From Stegostoma tigrinum (taxonomy: Eukaryota): a stretch of DNA of 64,000 bases. The stretch spans positions 37,368,068 through 37,432,067 of the forward strand of contig NC_081375.1 of the NCBI RefSeq assembly GCF_030684315.1. The letters run 5' to 3'. This document shows positions 13,390 to 26,399 of the stretch, one piece after another. The first letter of the stretch is position 1. Each line of letters begins with the position of its first letter. The translations under genes and the position numbers were made by a program. Under the pieces are notes generated by a model. That model had not been told where the DNA came from. It did no database searches and saw only the letters and a list, made by a program, of their open reading frames with translations.

Positions 13390-14740
13390 CAACCTGTTCA
13401 GAAATATTATGACATACTTCTGGAGCAAGTAGAACTTGAACCTGGGTCTCCTAGCTCAAACGTACAGACACAACTACGACATCAAGAGAGTCCTTAGTTC
13501 TCTGTTTAAAAAAAATGTAACCTATTTTTCTAAGCAACTTGTTCAGAGATGTAACTACACACCTCTGGGGCAGGTGGGACTTGAACCCTGGCCTCCCAGT
13601 CCAGGGATAGAGACACTAGCACTGTGCCAAGGGAGGCCCCCAAAAATGAAGAATCAAGCAAGATGAGAAATGCAGTTGGCAGAGTTTGAACCTGAGCAGG
13701 AAGACCCCAATGGATTTCAAATCCATTGTCTTAACAATTTGGCCACAGATACAGGACTTAATTCTCTTTATACTCTTTTCAGTAATCAAATAAATTAATT
13801 AGCTAATTAACTAAAGTACTACCCTTTTAAACAGCCACTATAACAAAAACAAAACTCTAGAAGAAACTTATCCAATTTACATTAATATATCATTTTCAGG
13901 ATAGATGATGCACTCCATCATCTGCAGTGTCCAGTTGCTGAAGGTCCCAAGAGTAACAGTGCTCACTACATGCTTCCTCTATGGGACAGAATGACAAAAG
14001 ATGCTGACAGATGGGTCTAATGAATCCCTGCTCCATCCACTGATTGGCTCTTTTGAAAGCAAGTTTTGCCAGGACAAGGAGTAGACACAGAAGGATGTCC
14101 ATCTGATTTGCCACTCCCCTCTATACAGGTGGCCAAATAATAGGAATGCAGGACTGAAATACAATCAAAAATTCAGATGCAGTCGCTTCAAATAAGGAAA
14201 AAGGCCCTGTTATCGAAGACAGTCTGTACAAACATGGAAAAGAGATTCCATGAGCCTGCACAAAATATTGGTGATCTGGGAGTGCATGAAACACCTTAAA
14301 GCCTATTGCATGGAACAGGTAAATGCAAGACCCTTCAAGTCGTTCCCCCACCATGGTAAAAGGGAGGACTCCTGCATAAACTGCTTCCAATATGGAACCC
14401 CCACCACCTCTCCACAGCAAGACAGAGAACATGTCTGGGCAATCTCTCTGAGCTGAACTCAAATGTCTTTTTTTTCTTAATCAACCTGTTCAGAGATATT
14501 ATTACACTCCTCTCGAGCAGGTGGGACATGTACCCAGGCATCTTGGTCCGGGAGTAGGGGCACTACCCTGGTACCACAAGAGGGCCTTTTGGAATATCCC
14601 TTTATTTTAATTTAACCTTTGTTTTCTAATTAACTTATTTAGTGATGTTATTACACACCTCTGAAACAGGTGAGACTTGAACCCAGGCCTCTCTGGTGCT
14701 AGGGCAGAGACACCACCACTGTGCCACAAGAGGGCCCTTG
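13390..14740 (-). repeat. Cluster of ~105-bp tRNA-like SINE units (about 13390-13495, 13535-13640, 14482-14590, 14630-14738)
   Basis: Four similar units AACCTGTTCAGAGAT.TTA.TACACACCTCTGG.GCAGGTG.GACTTGAACC...; B-box GGTTCAAGTC on the minus strand. A partial copy is also at ~23665-23725. Confidence 0.7.
13671..13752 (-). pseudogene. tRNA-Ser(UGA) pseudogene
   Basis: Minus strand GTATCTGTGGCCAAATTGTTAAGACAATGGATTTGAAATCCATTGGGGTCTTCCTGCTCAGGTTCAAACTCTGCCAACTGCA aligns end to end (82 nt) with recalled vertebrate tRNA-Ser-TGA; many differences are at CpG sites. Confidence 0.8.
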
Positions 14741-17029
14741 GGAATGTCTCTTTAAGCTGTTTTGAGTAAAGGAGAAACCAATGAGCAGATTAATCAACTG
14801 AAAGTCCTTTAAGGGGCACTGTACCACAAACAAAATTCTAACATGAAATTTGTTAATCAAAAATAAGATGTTACTTCCAGAATGAAGATGCATTCCAGCT
14901 CCCAGAATCTCTTCACACTCTTCTGAGTAAAAGATGAGTGATTGAAACAAAAATAAACAAAAAAACTAGTGAACACCATTTTAGCAGGCACTATAACAGA
15001 AGTCAAAACATTGATAGGGCCTTAACCAATTAAGTGAAAACACCATTGTGCAAGAGTTAATGTACTCCAAGGCCTTGTGGTGTCCGCAGGTCTTGGAAGG
15101 CCTCAAGCACAACAGTGGGTTCTGCGTTCTTTGTCTCTATGGACATTAGAACATGGAAGAGGGAGGCAGAAAGGCCAAAGAACCCCTCAACTTCCCATTG
15201 CTTAGACCTGTTTGTGGCCACAATGGCCAACCCAGGAGTAGGCTAACAAGAAGGTCCTACGCTGTACTCCCCCCATATCCCCTCTGTACTGTGTCGCCAA
15301 AGATTGAGAAGACTTAGCTAAAGTGCTCAAGTAACTACCCAAACAATTCCTTCAATATGTATATACTTAACCTTACAAAAAAAATGCTGATTGCAAGCAT
15401 TTCCCTGGCTACAATTATATAGGTAGGTGCAGTCCTCCCTGCCAAATGACAGAACAGAGCTATTGGAGCAAGATGCTGTGGTCAACCTTGTCAAGCTGGC
15501 AAAAAGATGGAGAAAAATGAAGAGGGATAATTTATCTTTGTCACAATCATGTACAATGTCACATGTAATGTTGATAAAGGCATTTTTATTAAGTGACAGG
15601 AATAGAAATCTGATTAGAAGGGATCATACATGGAGTTCTGAGAAAGGTGTACACACATGTGGGTGATTACACATGTTCCTGGACTTTGGAAAGAGAAAAA
15701 GGAGGTTGGAGATAGGTCAGGGCAGTAGTTTGGAGAATAGAGTAGTCAGATATTTGAACATATGGGTGATAAGATTTGCAGGAGAAGAAAACAGTTAACA
15801 ATATCAGCTAACCTGGGCCAACAAACAGAATTAGATCATTTGCTATTTGGTTAGAATAGGGCATAGAGAACAAGAAAAAGTCTTGTAGGCAAGATGAGAT
15901 TGAGGAGAAACGGGTAAGGAATAAAGGAATAAGAGAGAGATATTTAAGATCAAGCCTAGAGCAAGGAGAAACTGAGTGGACATATTGCTGTATGTCCTGA
16001 GCAAGGGAGAGAATCATCAGAGATAGCAGAATGGTCTCAATCTTTGTAACAAAAGAAGTACACAAGGAACTAGAACTTGTTCAAGGTAGGGTGGAGAGGA
16101 CAGGTGACAGGGATTTGAGGAGATATCCATAGTGGAGAAGCTGTACGATATCTTTGCAATTCATGATTATCAGGAAAAGTGTGCAGTTTTGGCAGGAGAT
16201 AGTGGAATTCAGTAGTATTTTACATAGTCCAGTTTACATAGACCTGCAGTTGTATGGTCAAGTCAGTAATTTACCATAGACATTCAAGTCTGCACTCATC
16301 AAAGCAATTGAAGAATGCTTCATTATGCCCTGAATTCCTATGTCTCGATGGGTAGAGTTGAAGATTGTTAGATTCCATCTTATTTGATATGGTCATAAAT
16401 GATTAATAATTTTGACTAAGCAATTAAATTATATTCTGCTTAACTGTAGTTAACATAGGACACCTTTTTGTCACAAAACTAACCCAGCTTGTAACTCAAC
16501 CCTTACTTGAAAGGGGGAACACTGCTATACCACCGAATGAGAACTTGTTGTCTTACAAAATTGAATGAGCAAGTTTACATCATTAAACACTTTTCAAGTA
16601 CCTGCCATTTGTCATTATCAGAGGAAAGCTGAATGTGCTTATAATGTGAAGTGTGGAAAAGAAAAATAACAGCTGTGTTCTACATTAGGCTAGTTTTATC
16701 TGTAGTATTTTAGAAACAGAGAAATAATTATTATTTGCTCAATGTATTCTTTGTATTAGAGTTAAAATCTGCCACAGTGTGAGTTTAGTTTTCTGGCTAT
16801 ATAATCCTTTTGGACTTTTATCCTCAAAACCATGTTCTATCTGAATGTCTAAATATACTTCACTAACTAGTCTTTCACACATTGATCGTCATTATGCATT
16901 TTTACTTTATACACTGTTTAGTTTTTTTTAAGTCCTGGTTGTATCTCTTTCATCCAACACACTCTGGTTTGGTAACCTTTGTTGTCTAGCATCCACAGTA
17001 TTTCTGGTTTTCCAAAGTACGAGCAAGGT

Positions 17030-17163
17030 CTGGTATCCTTCTCAAAGTGTTTTTCATTTTGCACCAGTGTAAATCCTTCAGTAAGCTTGTGTGGATCAAT
17101 TTCCAAGTGATTTTCATCTTCTACAAACAGCTGCATAATTGGTCCATGTAAAGTCATTGTTAG
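17030..17163 (-). pseudogene. Short GAPVD1-like coding fragment (RasGAP-domain region) inside a MYCBPAP intron
   Basis: LTMTLHGPIMQLFVEDENHLEIDPHKLTEGFTLVQNEKHFEK resembles recalled GAPVD1 LTATLHEPIMQLLVEDEDHLETDPNKLIERFSPSQQEKLFGEK; similarity is lost on both sides. Confidence 0.75.
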
Positions 17164-18595
17164 GTCATAGGGCATATGACCAGTCTGTATTCACATAAAG
17201 CATAAGGACTGTGAGCAGCAATGAAGACTGCAACACTGACAAAGCAGCTGGAAGTCTACTTGCTGACAGAGATCATCTACATTCTCCAAAATAAATGCAC
17301 ATTTTATGTTGCATTGTACTTTTTAAATATGCTTAAAAACTCTTTGCTGAGTGATGTGTGACCTCCTATGATCCAGTAACTTCTCCAATCTGTTAACAGC
17401 CCAAAAAAAAACGCACTCTCTAGCAGATGGCCTCTAAAGGGAACTGACAAGGTGGCTGATTTAATGAGGTAGTCTCACCAATTTAAACAACTTGAAGAAT
17501 ATGGACTCAGAGTATCAGTCATGACGACATGACAGCATTCATCCTCCTACCTGAACTAATGAGTAAGGAAAATATCATAAATTACAAAAATAACAGTAAC
17601 AAACCATGAAGAAGTGGATGGTGAGACAAATAATTGCCATCTTGGGGAACCAATCAAGGGATTGGGAATAATGCCATTAAGATGATTGGTTTTTTCACAA
17701 GTAATAAGCAGGAATTGAGCACATGATGCTTAACCAATCTGAGATGAGTGCATGAACAGTTCATGCACTAACAAGCTAATTAGAGTTCAGGATGTGTCTA
17801 AACATACCCAGGGAGTAGTGGCTCATATGGGTTAGTAAGGCCTACTTTTTAGTGTGCAAAAAGAAGACAGAAGGACAACTACAGTCAGTAAAACATGCGG
17901 CAGCACCCTATTCTGATGGAAATTACGATCCTCTGTTCCATCAACTGAGTCTATTGCCTTGTTAAGTATCAACTTGCTTTGGTAAACTCAATAACGCCTG
18001 TGAAACATGTGAAATCATACTTGTACCTGGAACAGGCATTGTAATTAATCAAGACTGGTGAACCTTCAAGTTGGCTCTCCCAAACTCGATCTACAATTGT
18101 AATTGGCATAGGTCTAATAATGAAAGTGAAACCATAAATCTTGCAGCTTAGCAATTTTTCCACTTTGATTTTGGATGCCAGTGTTCTAGTTGTACGAAAA
18201 CAGCTTGGTGTGAACTTTTGCTGCATTTAGTACATTCAGCTATTTCTTTACCGTGTGCAATGAATTAAATTTTCCAAAGATTAGCTTCTGCTGTGTTGAA
18301 ATTTATAAGAGAACAGAGAAACAGCCTTTCTCGCTGAAGATAAAATGTATCAGCCTAGTCATTTGCAATCATGTGCTGGGTTCCATCCTCATTTGAGGTT
18401 GGGAGTGTCCAAAGTCTAGGTGCTGCAGTGGAAGCTCAGGCTTCTGAAACACAAATTCAACAGCAATTGTGACTAGTGTTCATAACGGAATGCCAGATAT
18501 CACTTAAGTCCAACAAACTTATTTCCACAGGAACAGCCAAAATCACATTCAAAACACACTCACTAAAGTGATAGAAATGAAATATTTTTCCATAC

Positions 18596-18726
18596 TTGAG
18601 TAAGATCTTCTGGTTTTATTGCCAAGGCCATGATGTCTTCTCCATTCAATACATCTTCTTTCTGTGGCTTTTCTTTAATGGGGGTAATCTCCTCAATTTC
18701 TTTCTTATTTTCCTTCTTTTTGTCTG
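18596..18726 (-). CDS. MYCBPAP: MYCBP-associated protein, coding exon 2
   Basis: TTCAGCAG acceptor and GTATGG donor; 131 nt, phase 1 to 0. Reads DKKKENKKEIEEITPIKEKPQKEDVLNGEDIMALAIKPEDLTQ vs recalled human VLQGDDILALAIKKEDL. Confidence 0.93.
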
Positions 18727-19944
18727 CTGAACAACACAATCATTCACAGAACATTGTAGAGCAAACCTTAATTAACAGATTTTGCAAGTGCACTTTTAGC
18801 TCAGCTGTATGGAGAAAACAAAACAGAACTTGTAAATATGTAGCATAAAGAAATGTCCTAAGGTGCTTCGCAGAAACACTACAAAACAAAGTATGATACT
18901 GAACTACAAAATGTTATTTTAGGTGAGAAGACCAAACGCCTGGTCAAAGGGGTGAATGTAGTGATTGTAATGCCACTTGGACATCATAGAATATGAATTC
19001 CCCAAATGGAACTGTTAAATTAGGAAAATCAGGGAGCCCTGGCTGACAAGTAAAAAGGGGAGTGTCAGAGATACTGACGTTCTAGCACCTGGCTCTAAAC
19101 AAAGTTGTGCCAAAGTCAAGGACTCTTCATGTGTAAATAAAGGTTGACCAGGTGATTGCTACTGGCCTCTGCATAGTTATTTCAGCAAAGTTTAAAGGAG
19201 AAAAGTCAAGTAGAGGTGTAGTGTGGGAATTCCAGGATGTAGGGCCCAGGTATATGTTGGCACAAACATCCATGGAGGAGTGATTAAAATCAGGGATAAA
19301 CAAAAAGTCAGAATTGGTTCCCTCTACTTGCCCCATCATTCACTCTCAGGTCAGATACAACACAAATTAAGTACAGGGTAATGCTCCTCTACAATGTTCT
19401 ATCAAGCACTTTGGAGTGGATTACAGCACAGGTTCCATACAAGCATCAGGCTCTCTTCACAATGTCACGTGAAACTTTGAGCACAAAATGAAACTCCACA
19501 AGGGATATAAAAATCAACACAATGTTCTCACAATTAATTAAGGAAAAGAGGGTGATCAGGAGCAATTTGGATCTCTTGGTAAGTGGTATTGTCAATGGAA
19601 ATAAAGAAAAGGTTTACATATTGAATAACTACTTTGTGTCAATATTTACAATAGGAGGTGGCAGAATGATGGACATTCCAAGGGAAGAAAATACAATCAA
19701 CAAAATTAACAAAAACAAGATAACTTATGAAAAAGGAGACACATATCCCCAGCACCAGATTGTTTCCATCTCCAAAATTTACTGAACGTAGATGAGGGCA
19801 AAACATGGTCTGTCTGTATTCTTCTGAAGCTCAATCAATTCTGAATCTGTTCCCAACAATCTTCAAAATTTCACCTTTCTCCTTGCTTTTTATTAAAGGC
19901 ATGAAAGGGTAACAAGAAAATTATAGATCTCTTAACAAGACATT

Positions 19945-20445
19945 CCTGGATATCCAAGATAACAAAGTGTGGGGTTGGATGAACACAGCAGGCCAAGCAG
20001 CATTTTAGGAGCACAAAAGCTGACCTAGAGCCTTCATCAGAAAAGGGGGATGGGGAGAGGATTCTGAAATAAATAGGGAGACAGGGAGAGGGGGACTGAA
20101 GATGGATAGAGGAGAAGATAGGTGGAGAGGAGAGTATGGGTGGGGAGGTAGGGAGGGGATAGGTCAGTCGGGGGAGGACGGACAGGTCAAGGGGGTGGGA
20201 TGAGGTTAGTAGGTAGGAAATGGAGGTGTGGCTTGAGGTGGGAGGAGGGGATAGGTGAGAGGAAGAACAGGTTAGGCAGGTGGGGATGAGCTGGGCTGGT
20301 TTTGGGATGCAGTGGTGGGAGGGGAGATTTTAAACTGGTGAAATCCACATTGATGCCATTGGGCTGCAGGGTTTCCAAGCAGAATATGAGTTGCTGTTCC
20401 TGCAACCTACGGGTGGCATCATTATGGCACTGCAGGAGGCCATCA
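19945..20445 (-). mobile_element. Penelope-like element 3' end (endonuclease C-terminus, pyrimidine-rich 3' UTR, terminal repeat with CTGATGA)
   Basis: GLLQCHNDATRRLQEQQLIFCLETLQPNGINVDFTS is a PLE C-terminus. It is joined to the same terminal sequence as the hairpin copies (GAACACAGCAGGCCAAGCAGCAT...AGGAGCACAAAAGCTGAC). Confidence 0.85.
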
Positions 20446-20861
20446 TTAGCAAACACGTATGTGGTTTATATGAATGATATGGAAAGTTCTCCTTGCTAAT
20501 GCCTAGTAGTTTGCCCCACATTGGGAGAGCTGTTCCACAAGCTTGTGAAGTTACAGCCTGACTTTGTCAGTTTGGTCTGATTCCATGACTGTGATTATGT
20601 TCTAGACATCACCACCACCATCCCTGGGAAGTCCTATCTGATTGGCAAGGCAGACATAGCACCCTTAACATAATGAAACATTACAAATAGTGTCACAGGA
20701 ATTTTGAAGAACGAAGTATGACACTAAACCTCAAAGGAAGCGTTATGTTGGACAATCAAAAACTCTAAGGGAGTGGGTTTAAAGAGGAAAGCAAGTCAGA
20801 AAGGTGAAGGGAATGGAGAGAATTTTAGAGCTTGGGGTTGAGGCAACTGAAGGCACAGTCA

Positions 20862-21140
20862 CTAATAGAACATAGAACATTTCAGCGCAGTACAGGCCCT
20901 TCGATTCTCGACGTTGCGCCAACCTGTGAAACCAATCTGAAGCCCATCTAACCTACACAATTCCATTATCATCCAAATGTTTACCAATGACCATTTAATT
21001 ATCCTTAAAGTTGGCGAGTCTACTATTGTTGCAGGCAGGGCATTCTGTGCCCTTACTACTCTCTGAGTAAAGAACCTGCCTCTGACATCTGTCCTCCATC
21101 TATCACTCCTCAATTTAAAGCTATGTCCCCTTGTGCTTGC
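20862..21140 (-). mobile_element. CR1 3' end, same family as the 40951-43808 element
   Basis: ASTRGHSFKLR...RTDVRGRFFTQRVVR, a 3' UTR closely matching 43545-43806, and a (TTCTATG)n tail. Confidence 0.85.
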
Positions 21141-22150
21141 CACAGTATAGCAATTATGATTGGGAATTGTAGTTGTCGGAGGAGGCTGTTTACAGACTGT
21201 TAGCTGAAGTTGTAGCTCATGGAATTGAAGGCTACTTATTGACCTGAGGAAATTGTTACAATTCACCATATTTATGAACAACTTAGAAAGACAAAGAGGA
21301 AACTACCTGGGACTTGATGCCTAAGAAAATGGTAGAAGCATAAATAATCAGTTATTTCAAAAGGTCATTGGGTGGGTACTTGATAGAAGTAGACTTGCAG
21401 GATTATGGAATGGGACTGACTGAATTGCTCTGCAGAAAGCCAGCAGAGACTTGGTGGGCTGAATGATGTTCTTTGGTGATTCTATGACCATATGCAAATT
21501 TGCCAAATCAAAGGTGGGGGGGGGAGGTCTTTGCATGATGGAAATTACAGGAGATATTGATAGATTAAATGAATGAATATAATGAGCTATATTTCAATGG
21601 CGTAATGTGTCAGAACCTAAAAAGGATAACTTTTTCTAAATGTAAGAAGCTAGAAATTGCTATATGTACAAAGAGACACGTGGACTTATTTACATAGATT
21701 ATTATTAAAATATCACAGTGACCTCGCTTTCATCACAAGTCCTCTATGTGTTATCACCTATCAAATATGTCCCTACGTATCGCGGAATGTATGTTTGAAT
21801 CCTCCCAATCAGGTTATCACCCGTACAAACCAGGTTTTATCAAAGTTACAAATGAAATTCTATGTGACTGACGAGCGTAAACTTTCCCTCTTTGTTCTTC
21901 TCAACTAGTTTTCAGCCTTTGACATGATTATCACTCAGCCCTCTTGCAGGAGCTGTCCAAGTTGGGTTTCTTGACCCACGTCACTCCCAGAGAATCTTTA
22001 CTGCCCAGGGATAGCCCACATTCCTCACAGGAGGCTGGAGGTACTTTGAGGCCCTACGTCCCCAGGGTAGAGTTCGCAGTGCAGGAGCATCCTCCATGTC
22101 TCACTGTGGCGAGATGGGGAATAGAACTCTGCCTCCCCCCTCACTCCTAC

Positions 22151-22214
22151 CTGGTGAGCTGCGCAGGGTGGGCTCTCTCCGGGAAACTTTCATTGGAGTC
22201 CGTGTCCCCATCAT
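22151..22214 (-). CDS. MYCBPAP: MYCBP-associated protein, first coding exon
   Basis: MMGTRTPMKVSRREPTLRSSP followed by a G|GTAGGA donor. Its phase 1 fits exon 2, it resembles the recalled human N-terminus MKSLKKDSRLRITP, and it lies in a CpG-rich patch. Confidence 0.75.
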
Positions 22215-22289
22215 CTGAAATCAAAGCCAGAGGGCTGACAAAGCACAACAGAACAAAGCCAGGTCCGTCTCCGGGTGCAAACCCCAGGC

Positions 22290-22350
22290 ACGGACGCCGT
22301 CTCCGGGCAACCGCCCTTCCCGACACTTCCGCCGTCTCCACAGAAACCAG
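22290..22350 (-). promoter_or_regulatory. MYCBPAP promoter-proximal RFX X-boxes and ETS site
   Basis: Minus strand GTTGCCCGGAGAC (22299-22311) and GTTTCTGTGGAGAC (22334-22347) fit the X-box consensus; CACTTCCG ETS-type site at 22324-22331. MYCBPAP is a motile cilium/flagellum gene. Confidence 0.65.
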
Positions 22351-22394
22351 ACAACTGCAGACCGTGCACGGTGTGGTCAGAGTGAGCAAGAGGC

Positions 22395-22655
22395 TTATAC
22401 TGGGCTATTGCAGAGGGAGAGAGAAGAATTTTAGTCTGGATTATTACAAAGACAATAGGTTGTAATGAGTTATTTACAGGGAGAGCGTTATACTGGGTTA
22501 TTTCAAAGCAGGAGAGAAAGACGTTAGATTTTGTTAATAGCGACGGATTTGAATGGGCACAGGAGTAGGATCAGACTGGGTTAATAGACTCGGGGAGTGG
22601 GGATTAGACTGGGTTATCAGAGAAAGAGAGGAGTTTAGTCTGGATTATTACAGAG
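22395..22655. repeat. Degenerate ~30-bp tandem repeat (AGACTGGGTTATT/AGTCTGGATTATTACAGAG)
   Basis: Several diverged units are visible upstream of the MYCBPAP first exon. Confidence 0.5.
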
Positions 22656-25600
22656 AGGAAATTGCCATGGTGCAGAATGAGGCCGTTTGGCCCATCATCT
22701 CAGCACTGGTTTTCTAAATGAGCATTATGACTTGGTGCCATTTTTTTCTGCATTATATCTTAGGCCTGAATATTTTTTTTTGAAAAATCATATGCACTTT
22801 TGAAAACCTCAATCAATCTGGCTGTCACCACGATTCCAGGCGCGGTGTTTCAGATCTGAACCACTCGCTGTGTGAAAAGGTTTGTCTCCTATCACATTTG
22901 CTTCTTTTAGAAATTTCCTTCTCATTTTTGATCATTGTATGAGGGAGCAGTTTGTCCATATGTACTCTGCCAATCCCCCTCAATGAAACCTCCTCTTAGC
23001 CTTCTCCTCTCTATGAAAGCAATCCCAACTTCTCCAATCTATCTTCCGCCTTTGAACCATTCCTGTAAGGGTCCAACGCACACTGTCGAATGTTTTTGCA
23101 TCCTTTCTAAAGTGTGGGAGCCTTGAACTGTGTACAGTGCTCCAGCTGATGTTTTAACTATTATGGTATACAAATTCAGAATAACCTCCTTGCTTTTGTA
23201 ATCCATGCCTCCATTAATAAAGCCTAAGATAATGTTTGCTTTATTTTACAGCTCACTGAATTTGAATTGAATCATTTATTGTCACGTGTATTCGATATAA
23301 AATACATTGAAAAGTGTGTACCATCGCAATACATAGGCGCCATTCACAGCAACTTAGAATAAAATGAAAAGGTAACTTGAAGAGAGTCCAACTTTTCCTT
23401 CTCCACGGCTACGGCATGCTGCCGCCAGAATCCTGCTCCGGGCTTCCCAGTCCATGCCTTGCCGTTACCGGGGGCCCACTCCACGTGGAAACGAACGTCC
23501 TGCTCCAGGTTTCACAGGCGACTGACCGACTCTGTAGCCGAACTGCCGCTTCGGTACATTGTTGAAGTCGCCTTCCTGTTGGCGGGGGCGGCGGCACTGA
23601 GACGAAGAGGACACGCCCAGGCATCGATTACTCTGTGCTGGCTCTTTGTACCTATTTTTCTAATCAGTCCGTACAGAGATATTATTACACATCTCTGGAG
23701 CAGGTGAGACTTAAACCTGGCCTTTCTTATTAACCCACGTTTCCGTGTGACTATCAATTATTTCCTTAATAATGATTTCAATTTTTTTTCCATCATAGAA
23801 GTCAAGCTGGCTGGTTTAAGATTTCTAGGCTTACTCTTACAATCTGTTTAAGCAAGTAATAGTTGAGAATACAAATAAATGTGTACCGATTACATGAAAA
23901 GCCCGAAGGTGTTGAACTGTTTGGATATTTTCTGGATTGAAAAGGGTTTTTGCCATGTGGTTGCTTGGAAAATGGGCCAACCGTTTAATGTGTGCTGTAC
24001 TTTAGCTGCTTTACAGTCCTTTACAGGAAATCTTCGGATAAAAGACATGCAGAGCCTAGAGGGAGAGAACAGCATGGGGTTTATGACCCTTAATGGCTGA
24101 AAAACCTGGCTTTGAAAAAATACATCCCTGTGCTGATGGTTGCCTTAGTAACCCTTTCAGGACTAGAGTTCGGTTTGACCAAGGTTTGACAAGAGGAAGA
24201 GATCTGAAGCTACATGGCTCTTTCTCTCGAACCCCCACTCCCGATTCCCCAATTATCTGGGGAATGTGACACTTTCCAAATCTCAAATTGTCTTATAAAC
24301 CATGAAAAGTTGACCTGACCACTTTCCAAAGACTCTGATCCTGCTTGATTTTATTCCAACCTGAAAACCTTCGATCAGTCTTCGGCTGTCAGCATTTCCA
24401 TTTTATTGACAATACTTTTTTTATCCTCTTGTTTGTTTCCAGACAGATTTTTAAAATTTTGTTTCTTTTTTAAATACCTCATCTTTGCAGAGTCTGTTAT
24501 TCTTTGTGTTAGCATGAGTGTTTTTGTTTGGAGAAAGTAGACATGATTTGGAGAACAGGCTGTGCATGCACACAGCTATGCATTTAGGATACAGCCTATC
24601 TCACCAGGCTATTGCTATCCTCCTGTAGTTTACCACTGCACTCCTCACTGTTTACTACCTTACCAATTTTCACTTCATCCACAAACTTCTTGATCATATT
24701 CTCTACGTGTTAAATCCAAATCATTAATATATACAACAAACAGAAGTGGGTCCATACTGAGCTCTCCAGAACTCCACTGGAAACACATCTCTAGTCACAG
24801 AATTGGCATAGAGGTTCAGTGCAAAAGACAAAGGGTTGTTAATGGTAGTGAAAGAAAATGGAGATGTAAATGGGTGTAAATTAAAGGGTGAAAGGGAGAG
24901 AATGTAATGAGACCAATTGCTCTAACATATCAGGTTCAGTGTCAGATTGTACTTTATAATACTCCTACAAAGCTTTTTACTTGTTTTATTGTGTTGCAGG
25001 TGCTATGTAATTACAGGTTATGATTTAACTGGAATACTCAGTACAAACCAGAAAATGCTGGGAACACTCAAGGTCTGGTAGCATCTACAGAGCGATTAAA
25101 AAGAGAGAACTTTCAAAATCATGACTTTTCTTCACATGTCATCAGATACCGTTTGAATAAAGGATGAAGTACAATTGTGAATTTCAGCCAGGATCTTCAT
25201 GTGACAGAGAGATTGGTACACAGAGATATTCGGTTGCATGGGCAGGAGTCCCATGAGATCATGGAATCCAGAGTACCGATCAGCTCCTTTGCTTTTCATC
25301 TCAGGTGCCACACTGCCTCTTTGTGAATCAAACTATCATGCAGCTTGATGGACAATGTGTTGTCATTCTAAACATGTGGAACCATGATACTGTACTTCAA
25401 GGGCAGCTTTGGGGTATCCTTTTAGAGTTTTGTGCTCCCCTGGAATGTTTGAGTGTTGAAAGAACATGACTTGCTGGGGAGTTAGTTTTCAGCTATGCAG
25501 GCTCTGTGTCTAGGCCATTTTTGTTTGAATTCTTTTTTATCTTCATTCATTGGATGTGGGCATTGCTGGCTAGGCCAGCATTTATTGCACATCATTCATT

Positions 25601-26399
25601 CTGCTGGATAACTAACTGTCTTCTTGAATCTCTGCAGCCCTTCCAGTTTTGGGACACCAAAATGCTGTTAGGGAGATCCATAATATTTACTCAGTTACAG
25701 TGAAAGAATGGTGCTATATTTTGAAGTGAGGATAGTGCGTTGGTTGGCGGCAACTTGCAGCAACTGTTGCTTCCACATATCTGCTACCACTTTTCTAAAT
25801 CATTGAGTTTATGGTTTTGAAAGGTGCTGTTAAGAGAACCCTTGGTGGACTATGGCAGTGCATCTTGTAGATGGCACACATTACTGCCACTGTTCATCAA
25901 GGATGATTTTTGAAGGTGATGGATAGGGTGCCAGACAAATTCAAGGAAAATGCTAAGAATCATTATGAACTCGTTGTAATAATTAACTTGATAAAAGTAT
26001 TGATTCAATAAATCGTGAGGGCATGAAAATTTGAATGCCCAAGAAACTCCAAAACAATTCTGCAATTGCTGTACAATGGTATCACTGCATCTGTCAAGAA
26101 CAACCTTCGACCCTGTTTCACATATTCAATAAGGATCGCATACGATTGCCTTCAAAAATCCAGATTTGAGCCCAGCAAGACTGTGTGATAACGCTCTTAC
26201 GTATAGAATTTATTAGAAAATGGCTGTTCACCAATGGTGTCAAAGATCAACTACTCTGATGTCACTCAGTATTAGATAATACCTAGCTGCAGAACTCTTT
26301 AAACTCATTGCCCCCGAACCAAATTGGAATATTCCGCTGGAGCAAATCAAGGATCCCATTCATCCACAAAGCTTCCTCGCAACACCATGCGATGCTGGC

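Noticed and set aside
21944-22465. 173-aa plus-strand ORF
   Set aside because: Non-ATG start, antisense to MYCBPAP exon 1 in GC-rich sequence, and no recognisable protein.
23260-23660. CpG-rich patch with several overlapping short ORFs
   Set aside because: No recognisable protein or consistent splice pattern; probably a repeat fragment that I could not classify.
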